Source: Hydrolagus colliei
Taxonomy: Eukaryota
Assembly (NCBI GenBank): GCA_035084275.1
Contig: CM068752.1
Coordinates: forward strand, 7,688,001-7,752,000
DNA length: 64,000 nt
Direction: 5' to 3'
The notes beneath the pieces are model-generated. The model saw nothing but the letters and a program-made list of their open reading frames with translations. It ran no database searches and was not told the origin of the DNA. Both the position numbers and the translations under genes were made by a program. Shown here in pieces: positions 13,401 to 25,368 of this stretch; the stretch's first letter is position 1, and every line of letters begins with the position of its first letter.

Positions 13401-13499
13401 TTAGTTATGTCCTGCCATGTGCCAATCACTGTTGTGTATATCCTACAGAAAACAGGGACACTGAGGAGCTCTTACCGTCGATTAAATGCTACACTTGGA

Positions 13500-13845
13500 T
13501 AATAATAATCCTTGCTTTTGATATAGCACTTTTCACGTCTTCTAGACGTCTCAAAGCACTTCACAGAATATACTGTAAAGCAAATTGACTGTATATTTGT
13601 GAGCGAAATGCGGCAGCCAATTGCGCACAGCAGCGTCCCCACAAACAGTCATGGGTTGAAATTATCAATTTTATTATTGTGGTTTTTTTTTTTGAGGGAT
13701 TATTATTTGGCCCCCGAGTAGGAAACTTGCCCCAAGCTTTCACCCGGACCTGCCAGGATTCGAACACAGGTCTCACGTAAGGCTCTCTTGTATAGCACTC
13801 TTCAATCAGGCTATAGTGTCTCTAACCACTGAGCTACAGGACTCT
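13500..13845 (-). mobile_element. Near full-length DeuSINE-like SINE
   Basis: Head gagtcctgtagctcagtggttagagacac..., B box gttcgaatcc, central core and (ATT)n tail. Confidence 0.85.
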
Positions 13846-16800
13846 GGATGGAATCTTCTCCTGTGCGGAGTGTCTGTCTGTCCAGGACACTGGGCTCAGG
13901 ATTACACATTGGGGATGTGGAGATGGATGGATGGATGAATACTGTGGTGTTTTGCTTGACTGACGTTGGGGCCGAGGGTGTGTGGACTGAACCTATCTCA
14001 GGAGGTAGAGTGTGAGGATGCTTTTGAATCTATGATGAAGACAATTGTGCCTATCCAGGCCATCCTGCCTGTGCCAGTGCTTTCAAAGATCTACTCAATT
14101 AGGACCACTGACCCACTCTTATCCCAAGAAACAAATATATCCTATTCATCTGGGAAGCATTGTTCTGAGTTGACTTTCTCCCTTGGAAGCTAACAATATC
14201 AGCTCACACTGGTTTCCGGTTCCTCACACCTGATTTCATTCTGCTTCTCTTGTAGCTTCTGTCTGTGTGTGGGTGCGTGCGTGCGTGTGTGTGTTTTTGT
14301 AACAATCCAAATCAAAAGAAAGTTTGACTGACCTGGGGTTCAGAGGCTCTCTGGAGAGAAGATGCATAATTTGTGTGAAATGAGCACAGCAGAGCCGTGT
14401 GTCGGAGCCAATAAAGCTCAAATGTCACAGCAAAAAGCCCACACATTGTGCAGCCTGCTCGCTGGATCCCTCCCACGTCTAATGCTCTCTGATATGTGCA
14501 ATGCCTTCTGTGGCTTGCCCAGAGAAAAAACACTTTAAACCCAGTTTTAACTGTCCATCAGTCAGTCATTCAGTCAGTCGTCTACTGATTTTTTTAAATC
14601 TTGACAAGACGCATGTGGCTTCATAATTTGGTCCTGTTTGCTGCATTTTTACCCACAGAACACAGTCACTTTACAGTATATTCTGTGAATAGCTCTATCA
14701 AATGTAAGGATTATTATTATTATTATTATGCTCTACGGAATGCACTGACTTGAGGTGTGTTTTGAATGTGTACATTCTGTGTCTCGGCACTTTTGGTTTG
14801 TTATATTTGAATAAATCTTATTACAACAATGGAACCTTCAAATTAACCTCAGAAAAGATTTATTATTCCAGTTTCCTTTCCCCAGATCCCAATCTGTGCT
14901 ACTCTGCTCTCTGGGGGAGAGTCTTAACAAGATTACTAGCAGGATTGGCAGTGATGAGATACGGATCTCAATCCACTGCGTGAATATAGAGGCGGCGTGG
15001 CGATAACAAGCAGAAAGACAGCCTTTCCCTCTCTCTCTGGAGGCCTGGTGCCTCAGGGGCTAAGCTGGGATGAGATGCTGGGTAAACTTGCCTATATTCC
15101 CCATAGCTGAGTGCGTTAAGGGGTGATCTTTAAAATAATGAAGTAATTGGCAGCATAGCAAATCCTCTCTTTCCCTCCAGTCGAGGCAGCTACAACAGTT
15201 CATACTATCATCTGCAAATTAGAACCGAGACGGCCAGACATGAGATCACACACCACCTTCACACAGAGGATTGTGAGAAGCTGGAATCCTCTGCCTCTGG
15301 AAGGCCATTAAACCCAAAGCAAAAGGGAGGTGAGATGAGATACTTAGGAAACTACAGCATTCAGGCTGACAGAGAGAAGAGAAATAGGATTTAAAAATAT
15401 TTCATAGATATTCCTTAATTTGCACATGATGCACTCATATCGTTTTAATTTCTACTAATTTGCCCAGTTCCTATTGAAAACGTTCCTGGCTCTGTCACAG
15501 GTTTCTCCAGCATTTCCTATTCACTGAAAAAAAACTACTGTACATTCATCCTCATTTTCTAAACCCTTCTTCATTTTTACCACATCATCAACAACGACGA
15601 TGACAACAACTTGCAGTTATATAGCGCCCTTCACACGGGAGAGCGTCTCAGAGCATTTTTGGGAGCCATTTGTGAAAAAGAATTCAGCCTCACAAGGTTC
15701 TCTGCAAAAGCCTTTCTGCTGACCTCCCCCGTTCTCCTGATAAATCCCAGTGGATGGTTTCCTGTTACGTGGTGTAACAACAAGCACATGGTTTCCTCTG
15801 AATATCCAGCCCCAGAAGAGGATTCCACACACACACACATATATATATACATACACTACAGGTCCCAGCTAAAGACCTTTCTCTTTGACCGCACCTTTGA
15901 TCACCTTTCTATCCCTGCCCCTAGCTCGGTCCCGGGATCCATTGTTGTGAAGCGCTCTGAGACCCTGTCCGGCATGGAGGGCGCGATATAAATCAAAGTT
16001 GTTGTTGTTGTTTACACACACACACATATATACAGACACACACATATAGATACTCACGTAATCATGTACACACATATTCCCACATACATACAGCCTCAAT
16101 GTCTCAGTCAGCCTGGGGTTAGGGAGGAGGTGGACACGGTGGGTGGAATGTTGTTGTGTTGTAATTGAGACTTAAGTGCTCACACTGAGAGACCAGGGAA
16201 GTCGCTGTTAGAGGAGTAGATGTGCCTACATCTACTGGTGTCTTAGCCAGACACCCACCCACAGCAATGCAACTGCATTTCCCACCATTTGACAGGACTC
16301 CCTTTCAAAGAGATTTCATGCCTCTCTGCTTCTCTCAATGCACCCTTCAGTCTCCTGTCACACAACGCCCAGCTCTTCTGAGCTGTTGTAAGGCTCAAGA
16401 TGGGCATCTCTGAAGTACACCCAGCGCTGCCTCAAAGCAGCGCTTTGAGTGCGTGTTTTTTTTTACCACTTGATGTTGGCTCCAGTTTCAGACTCGGTGG
16501 ATCTAAAGCGAGATATTAAGAAGCGGTAATTGTCCTACAGCGCCTCTGCCTGCGAACCTGGAATAGGCAACCAGGATCCGTGGGAGTTTAGCTCTGGAAG
16601 TTACAGCAAAAAAACTAGATAACCTGCAGGGATCTGTTCACTGTCAAGGGACATTCTCATTATCACGCTATAATTGTTTGATTCAGGTTCACCTCTCTGT
16701 CTCTTCTCCTCTCCTCAAACCATCAACCGGTACCCAGTCTCTGTAACTTCTCTCAAGAGGCCGCCCTTCATGTTGCTAACCTGACTGAATGGGTGTCTTC

Positions 16801-18234
16801 ACTGAGCCAGTCCCTGCCAGTCACCGCACACAGCAAATGTGCCAGATTTCCAGCATGGCCTAGCCATTGCACGACATGTAGCAACTCCTACATTCTCTCC
16901 TCCCTAGACCCAGGCTGCTGAGATCAACTAGATCTAAGGCTGAACTGGCCGCAAGGTGACATATTTGGCCATGAAATGTCAGAGTCGAGCCAGCCCTCCC
17001 TCTGTGACGGTCTATAGTCTGGTTCCTGAGACTGGCTGACGTCTGCGGTATATTCAGGGCTCTCTCTCTCTCTCACTGCTGATGATAGCACAGCCCAGCC
17101 TCGCTCAACAGCAGGACCTGGAAGGGCCAACCAGTCACTGGGAGCAGAGAATCCTCCCACTACAACTCCTGGTAACCCTGCAGCTAAAGCCCTAACTAAC
17201 GGGTAGAGCTGTTCTCGATGGACAAGCAGCAATGAAGCTAGCAGACAGATAAGCCCCTCTTTTCTCTATTTTCCTTTATCCTCTCTCTCTCTCTCACTTT
17301 GCTCTAATATTGTTTATTTAAACATAAATGCTGCTTCCTTTCTGACCAATATTTATTCTCTTCGTTTCACATTTAAAAATGTCTCTTTAAATTCCTCTGG
17401 CGTTTGCTGCGAGCTCGGCGTGCCTGTACACTACAGTCTGACTCTTTTCATTACTTTATTATTGAGTGCTGCTGTCCTCCCCCTCAGGCACTCACCCACG
17501 TACATTATTCTCCACCGTGTGGGTGGACAGCCTCCTCTCTCTCTCTCTGCCTCTTCGCTTTGTTACCAGTTCCATTGGTTGATGGGTTACAGACAGCAGC
17601 ACACAGTAGCTAGCTGGCTTACTGAGGCTTTGCCTTGCTCAGTGAGAAAGCTGCCTGGCCGCATCCCTTCCACCATGGCACGGGCTCTCACTGAGTGTGT
17701 GTGAAAGAGAGCGTGTGCAAATGCCAGCTCTCATGCGGCACATTGTGGCTTCTAGAACAAACAATGATAGCTCCACAGTTTGCCATTACGAGGCTCTGAT
17801 TCATTCACAGTCCTTAGATTTTTTATAATAATCATTGTAGATTGTTGAGGCGTCGATAGAGGGGATCAACTGTATATTTTTGAGGGCAAAACGCGGCAGC
17901 CAATTAAACAAAGCAGTGTCCCACAAATAGTTGTGGATTGAGTGACCACATTTGTTTAAAGTGATTAGTACTTCCTGAAAAGTCAATAGGCTAACAACTG
18001 GGTTCCTCCTGACCACTAAGTAAACTGAGGTATGTGGAGTACGGAAACTTCCCTAAGGTTTCCCCCTGCCTGGGAATCCATCAGATACCATATATAGTTT
18101 GGGACACAAATGACGTCCAGGATAGTGGAAGACAAACTGGATGGACCTTGGTCTTTTTTCAACTAGAAATTCTTTATGTTCCGATGAGAGACAGCACTGA
18201 GCAGGAGCACCATTCCCAGCCCAGCAGCATTGAA

Positions 18235-18530
18235 TATTAATCCTTATATTTGATATAGCACTTTTTACGTCTTCTAGACATCTGAAAGCGCTTCGCAGAA
18301 TATACTGTAAAGTAAATTGACTGGATATTTGTGGGAAAAACGCGGCAGCCAATTGCACACATCAGCATCCCACAAACAATTGTGGATTGATGTGATCAAT
18401 TTTTTTTTTTTTTTTTAATTGGATTTTTGTCAGGAGTGTAGAGTGAGGAAACTTGCCCAAGGTTTTAGCCTGCTGGGAATCAAACCCAAGTCTCTCGCTT
18501 GAAGGGCATGTGCTCTGAGCTACAGGACTC
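18235..18530 (-). mobile_element. DeuSINE-like SINE on the left flank of the US22 fragment
   Basis: Tail, core and head present; head ends at about 18530. Confidence 0.8.
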
Positions 18531-18622
18531 CCCCGAAGTAGGCAAAAAAGTTCACCATCTCATTGAACTTTACCATAGAGTAGAAATAATGAACGAGAAG
18601 CAATAATTTTCTGCAGCTCTGC

Positions 18623-19056
18623 TCAATCCAGAAGATCAAGCAATTTCGTAAATGTATTCGCTTCGCTGTCTGTGTAACTCGGTGACTTTAAGCTACTCCT
18701 ATCCAAGTGGCAATCTTTCACTGTGTGTAGGTACCCTTCAGTAGTCTTTGACATGTATCCTTTGCGTCGACTTCCTTTCAACTAGGGATCAGTTGGAAGC
18801 ACACCTTTCCCTTCAACTAGCTGAGTTGTATTTTTAGCAATTTTGTGCGGTGCTCGATTTTCATAAGCAATACACAGTACCATCTTCTGCAACGAGGATA
18901 ACAAACTGGAGGCAAGGTGCGAGGCAAGGCAATCCATCTAGACACCCAACACCTCCAGATTTGTGAATTTGACTAGGTACAGACTTTTCCACGAGTCAAG
19001 CATATACTCTCTCCCCACATAAACAGGATCTTCCCGGTTTGTTAATACAAAGAGTA
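18623..19056 (-). pseudogene. Degraded US22-like (SUKH superfamily) gene fragment inside CAMK2A intron 2
   Basis: With one -1 and one +1 frameshift the minus strand reads ILFVLTNREDPVYVGREYMLDSWKSLYLVKFTNLEVLG/CLDGLPCLAPCLQFVILVAEDGTVY/AYENRAPHKIAKNTTQLVEGKGVLPTDP*LKGSRRKGYM...FTKLLDLLD*. The W..(L/F)YL....(L/M)EVLG and hydrophobic-EDG.VYAYE...H..A motifs are recalled from fish and viral US22 proteins. Confidence 0.72.
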
Positions 19057-19280
19057 TATTTGTGGGCAAAATGCGGCAGCCAGTTGTGCACAGCAGGCAT
19101 CCCCACAAACAGTCGTGGATTGTAAATGATCAATTTATTATTGTTGTTGTTTGTTCCGAGGGATTATTATCAGGCGTGTGGAGTAAGGAAAGTTGCCCAA
19201 GGTTTTACCTCGACTGCTGAGAATCAAACCCAGGTCTCTCGCTTGCAAGGAAAGTGCTCTAACCACTGAGCTGCAGGACG
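19055..19280 (-). mobile_element. 3'-truncated DeuSINE-like SINE fused directly to the US22 fragment
   Basis: Head and core present; stops at cccacaaatata, with no tail. Confidence 0.8.
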
Positions 19281-22200
19281 AATTGTCGAAGCCAATTGCC
19301 AACCCAGTTGGTCAAACCCCAAATCTCAAGACCATCTTGATCTGTCAGGACGGGCTTAACAATGGACTTGGTCCACTAGAGGGAGCCCTTTGAGTAACAG
19401 ATACAGACCAACATTATGCTGGTTTGAACTGGAGAGGTGACAGACGTAGTGAAAGGAAGGCTAATTCTAAAGCAATTACGCACTTTAATTGAAGTATCAG
19501 CCTGAAATCAGCATTATGGACATAACAATCTTTCTGCTTCATCAAGAGGACAGATTTTAAAGCCTCAATTAACAGCAGTTTCGGTTTATACAGATAGAGC
19601 ATCTCAAAGAGAGAGAGAGAGCATGCTCTATAATGAACAAGAGCACAGGGATTGGTGACAACAAGCGAGAGAGGTTTTTTTGTTGTTGGCTTTGGAAGTA
19701 AGGTGGTGGTGGCGAGATGGGGAGTAGGTGGGTGAGGGACAGTAAAACTCCCCAATCCAGTGTTAAAAATAAGAATTTGTTCACTCAATCCATGACTGTT
19801 TGTGCGACACTGGTGACAATTGGCTGCCCTGTTTCACCCACAAAATTTACATTCAATTCACACTTATAGTATATTCTGTGAAGCGGTTTGAGACGTGGTG
19901 AGGCGCTATATCAAATGCAAGGATTATTATAAGTAGTATTATTGGGCAAGTTTCTCTGCACAGTGATATTGATTCTCAACACTTGCCGGTGGCTGGTGTT
20001 TGAGTAAACTGGTGACATTTACTAGCCTTGAAATAGAATGAAATTACCCTTTCACTGGTAATGCAAACTACACCGAAATGTGGCAAATTATGTTAAAGGA
20101 GACAGTTTTATCCTGATGAACAATCTGCTCAATCATGGCGTATCCCTTTTAAGAGAAAGCTGTTTGACTTGGATGGCATTTCTACTCTTATTCCCAAAAT
20201 GTTGATCAGATTTTCTGTTACCATAAGAAAGCCTGTCAGTGAGATAAATAATGAGAGGAAGATTGTTGCTATTATCTAGTGAAGAGCAAGAAATGGGGTT
20301 AAGGTGGAGAGCTCCCGTGGGGGAGGGAGCACTAGCACAGACACGATGGGGAGAGCGAGAGAGAGCAGGGAATAATGCCAGTTGCATTGGCACCAAACAG
20401 CGCGGACCATTAAACACAGATTTATTAACATTTCACCAAATGATTAATGGTTAATGTGCAGCCGAAACAACATATTGTGAAACCGATGGAGCCCCATTTA
20501 TATTCCACTCATGGTGCCGCCTATAATCTGTTTATGGTTTCATTACTGCCAGGTCACCAGGGTCTGCTCAGTTTATCCCAGTCCCTTGGGTCAGTTTAAT
20601 GTCTCTCCTACTGATTGCCCCAGAGAGAGTGGTGCAGAATACAGATAATATGAGAAAGATTTACTGGTGACACCGGCTTTGCTCCCTAGCACTTGTTTCT
20701 ATGATAATAATCCTTACATTTGATGTTGTCTTTAGCTGGTTAGACTTCAGCAGTTACGCCAACGGACACTCTGAGCTCCGCCCCCAAACCTTGGCTCTGG
20801 CCAAACCTGCACCCAATACTCTCCGGAATTAGGTAAGCAGGATAAGTCCCTCCAGAGTGCATTCCATTCCAACAGTCTTTCTCTGGGATTTCCATGCGTA
20901 GTTAGGATCTCAAGTTTGGTTCGGATAGTCTCAAGCATGGTAATGGGTTTCCACGTGTATTACACATCTGGGTGCCCAACAAAAACATATCGTGCCTACG
21001 GCGTCAAAACATCCCATCATTGAATGAGGTGATTGCCTGCCCTTACACACTGTGTGCTTGAGGCACTGGAAGACTGTGGTACCACACTTTTTTTATGAAC
21101 CACTGCTTTTGAGAAAGGAGCGGGGAGAAACTTAAGAGAAAATAAAACAATCTCGAGGGTTTAGTCGTTTGACTGACTCATGGAGTGGATGACCAAGGAG
21201 TTGGAGCTAAAGCCGCAGATCAGACATTACAGGTTCCCTTATCAGTAATTCTTTGACAATCTCTCCTCCATTTAGGTTTGGGGTGATAATTCAGCCTGGC
21301 AATCTTTCAACCAAGCACGCTCCCAGCTTTTCACAAATTACATTATCCCCAGTGGTATGTCTTTCATAAACTCATTAAACACATCAACACAGACTGAAAA
21401 CACATTTAACTCAACACCGCATAGATAATGCCTATTGCCCGATTGACTCAATGTGAAATTATTCAAATATACAAATCCACCAGGTCCTCTTTTATAAACA
21501 ACAAAAAAAATTCAATTTATAGAGCTCCTTTCACATCAGAAGGACGTCCTTACAATGTGGACCCTTATATAAGAGGCTGATTGTTTTATTGTTGACCCCC
21601 CAACTCTAACCACCCACCCCATCACCACATTATAACAGGATGGTCTTGACCAGCAAACCAATCAAATGAACTCCATATAATTGGGGTGCAAGCACAGTGT
21701 GTGACATGACAATAATCTGACCAGCGAGAGCTGCTAGATCTGCAAATCCAACCTCCTACCCCTCCACCCTCCCTGCCCTCCATCCCTCCTGATCCCAACC
21801 CCCACGCTCAGGTCCAAATCCCTTACTATCCAGCGCCTTGGGGATATCCTCCGGACGTGAAAGTCACTGTGTACATGTCAATTGTTGCGTGTTGTTGTTG
21901 CTGTATAGAGGGGGCTCTGTCTGCTCTGTGTGTAAATAGAACTGACACTGGATTCCACTCCTGTGCCAGTGCTGGGTGTGTTCTGGCCAATGCCATGACC
22001 TGGTGAGACCTGTTCCTACTTCTGTCCTGCCCCTGGGGCCTCAATGTCAAAATTTACTCACCTTCTCACTGTGTCCCTCAAGGGCCCTTTACTCTAGATC
22101 TCACCACGTGGCCTTCCTCATCCAGTCACACGTTGTTTCTGACTCACTGCCCTTCCGTGCAACTTACCTATTGAGGAACTCAGTTCTGTCTGACACCCTC

Positions 22201-23334
22201 CTTCGCCCTCAACCCTGCAACTAAAATTCATCAGTGATTTTTAGTGCTACAATGCCTCAAGCGCAGTCTGAGACATAGTCTGACGTGAAGGGCGCTATAT
22301 AAATGCAGGTTTTGTTTGCTGTTGTTGTTGTTATGATTGCTTTAACTATCACAATGTCTCTCAGATCACCTCAAACAAACCTCAGCTCCTGAGCGAACAC
22401 AGAACCAGCCTTTTTCCAGAACCTTCAATTCTTAAATTCAGGTTCAGAATAAACAGGATCAGCTGGAATTAAAACCAGCTTCAAGGAACAGAACAACATG
22501 GACAGTGAAATAGAGGCGCTGAATGTTTGATCTTTAGCAGACGAGAGCGTGTGTGCCAAAACTCCCACTCTGCGTGGGCGGTGTATTGTGTGCCCATATA
22601 CACACCCTCCCCTCCTGTCCCGACACACACACTCACTCACATACATACACACACAACAGACATAATGCCTCATCCACCTGCACCCACATTGAGTACAATT
22701 TCCATGGACACCACAATGATCTGACTCACTGTACCTGAATCTCTTTGTTGCTGTAGTTAATAGCATTCAATTCAGCTCCAGCCCACAGTGTTTTTATAGG
22801 AGGCCGTCTCCAGACCATTGCAATGCCATTTGTTCTTTTACTATTAGTGATTAATATTATTCACCCCCGACACACAGGACCTCGCGCACACACACACACA
22901 CACACACACACAGGCGCGCGGACTGGCTGGGAACACTCACTCATTCACATGGTCAAAATGCAAGTTTCTCACAAAGAATCATTTGGGGCGATGATTGACA
23001 CAGAGGGAGCTGGTGAGATTGATAATCCCCCAAGTGGGGGCTGTGGATTATACTCTGTGTTTGCAGCTCTCAACCCAGACCAGTGGCAATGGGATGCCTC
23101 CTGTGAATGTCTCCGTGTGAGATAAGTGAGTTTGGGGCCAGGATCAGCCCTACTCCCGGCGGGGATTGATTCACCACAAACTGTGCCATCAATGATTAAT
23201 CCTGGGAGAATCTCAGTGAGAGATACTTGGGATATCAGCAGTAGGCAGTGGGAAGGGTTCCACTCTCAGATAGGGAATAAGAGAGCAAGCTTCAAATTGG
23301 GGCAATTTATAAATTCCTGACAACTGTCTAGTGG

Positions 23335-23690
23335 AATCCTGTAGCTCAGTGATTAGAGCATTCACCTCGCAAGCAAGCAGAGCCGAGTTCGATTCCTGGG
23401 CGGGGCAAAACCTTAGGCAAGTTCCCTTACTCCACACAGCTCTGTTTCCCGAGCAGAAAGTAGGAACTCAGTTGTTTAGTCCATTGTTGGATCGCTTTCT
23501 GAGGTTAACAATTCCTTCAGAAAAAATATATCGGTCTCACTCAATCCACGATTGTTTGTGGGTCACAGTTGTGAACAATTGGCTGCCGCGTTTCCCACAA
23601 CATACACAGTCACTCTACTTTACAGCATAACCCTTTGAGATGTCTAGAAAACATGAAAAGCGCTATATCGAATATAAGTTTTCTTAATAT
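23335..23690 (+). mobile_element. Near full-length tRNA-derived SINE (DeuSINE-like); representative of the dominant family, with dozens of mostly truncated copies in both orientations across the window
   Basis: Pol III A box TAGCTCAGTG and B box GAGTTCGATTCC, central GCACAATTGGCTGCCGCGTTTC Deu-like core, and an L2-like tail GCGCTATATCAAATGCAAGG(ATT)n in most copies. Confidence 0.88.
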
Positions 23691-24429
23691 CCTGTGAAGC
23701 GCTTTGAGACATCTCGAAGACGCGTTAAGGCGCTGTATCAAATGCCCAGGGTTATTATACCTAGGATTGGACAAGGATAACAACTGCATGTGGGAAGAGA
23801 GATCAGGGGGTGGCTGGGGTCTGTGTATTTGTACTACAGCCAGCAGCAACCTTTAGGTGAGGAGAGAAAAGGGAGAGGGATAGAAAAGCATCTCTCACAG
23901 GTACCTGCACACATCTGCTCTCTGTTTACCTCCAGAGGTGTGGTGTACAACACAAGACCTAATTGGGAGGGACTGTGCCGTGCCTGTTACAGTATCACAC
24001 AAACACTCTCTCAACCTGCGCTAACAAATAACCCGATCCATCGCCACAACTGCAGAGGAACGTAATGACGTTTTGCCCACAAAATAATACAGTGACTACA
24101 CTTTACAGTGTATCCTGTGAAGCTCTTTGAGACACCTCGATGACAGAATAAGGCGCTGTATCAAATACAATGATTATCATTACCAAACAAGAGTGTAAAA
24201 GCGCAATCAATAAAATCCGAAATCTGCACCTTTCCATATCTCCTTCAGAATCTGGGTGGATTTATCGGTTTATTAGTTTGTCCCCACGTCAAGCACTGCA
24301 TTGTAAAAGCTGAGAAGCTCTCCCAGTGGGTGAGAAAGCAGCATTCACACTTTCCCTCCTCATTTCATCTTCGGAGATTATCTGTTTGATTATCTGTAAC
24401 GAGATGCATACCACCACTTACTGTCCCTC

Positions 24430-24680
24430 TCTTCCCATCCGTCTCTCCCTCCCTCCCTCCCTCCCTCCCTCCCTCCCTCCCTCCCTCCCTCCCTCGCTCT
24501 CATCTCCCACCTCTCCCCCTTTCTTCCCCCTGTCCTCTCCACACTCCTCCCTCTTTCTCTCTCTCCCCACTACCTGCTTCTCCTCTTCGTCTTTCTCTCC
24601 TTCTCCCCCCTCTCCCCCCTCCTGTCTCTCCCACTCTACCCCTCCTGTCTCCCCTTGTCCCATCCCATCCCTTTCTCTCT
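24430..24680 (+). repeat. (CCCT)n polypyrimidine tract; similar tracts at 28045-28200 and 42385-42435
   Basis: Seen directly. Confidence 0.9.
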
Positions 24681-25034
24681 CCTCACATTTGTATCTATGG
24701 TGGATTTGAGGCTGTGAAGCTGACATAGCCACAGGTGCTTTTACCTGGAGGTTTGCAGTGCGGAGTGAGGTGAGGATGGAGCTCAGTGTATATACAGGCA
24801 ACTCACTTTACAGTACATTCTGTGAAGCGCTTTGAGACACAGTCTTAAAGACGTGAAAAGCGCCATATCAAATGCAAGGATTATTATTACTGTATTATTA
24901 ATGTACAACCTACTGATAGTTCACACACACAGCGAGAAAGAGAGAGAGAGAAAACGAGAGTAAAGTCGGAGCCTGAGATCTCAACAAAACTCAAACCGTT
25001 CCCGATCAAGTGGGGAGTACATCCCCTCACTCAC

Positions 25035-25129
25035 CTCGGGCAGACAGTTTCTTGGTGTTGATAATTTTGGCTGCATAATCCTGTCCAGTTAGAGTCTTCA
25101 CACATCTCTTGACCACAGAGAAAGCTCCC
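25035..25129 (-). CDS. CAMK2A: CaMKII alpha, exon 2 (95 nt): (K)[31 protein letters not shown]
   Basis: Kinase Gly-loop and the AAK catalytic lysine. Acceptor ttttcag|G, donor GAG|gtgagt; 95 nt keeps frame with exons 1 and 3. Confidence 0.97.
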
Positions 25130-25242
25130 CTGAAAAATCACCCCAAAACACATATTAACATTCGCAGTCAATCCCAAACAAAGACAAAACAGAATCGATG
25201 GCTTGAGCAATCATTGTGTGTGTTTGGTGTGTGGTTGCCTTA

Positions 25243-25368
<126 letters not shown>

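Noticed and set aside
16924-17232. 102-aa minus-strand ORF
   Set aside because: Overlaps a dispersed repeat (also at 6784-6860) and a (CT)n tract; no homology recognised.
17496-17575. Possible alternative first exon of CAMK2A (ATG...GG|gtgagt)
   Set aside because: Ends in phase 2 whereas exon 3 needs phase 1, and the reading frame runs through a microsatellite.
23335-23410. tRNA-like sequences with A and B boxes (here and at many SINE heads)
   Set aside because: Each runs straight into the SINE body and lacks an intact acceptor stem and terminator; these are SINE heads, not tRNA genes.
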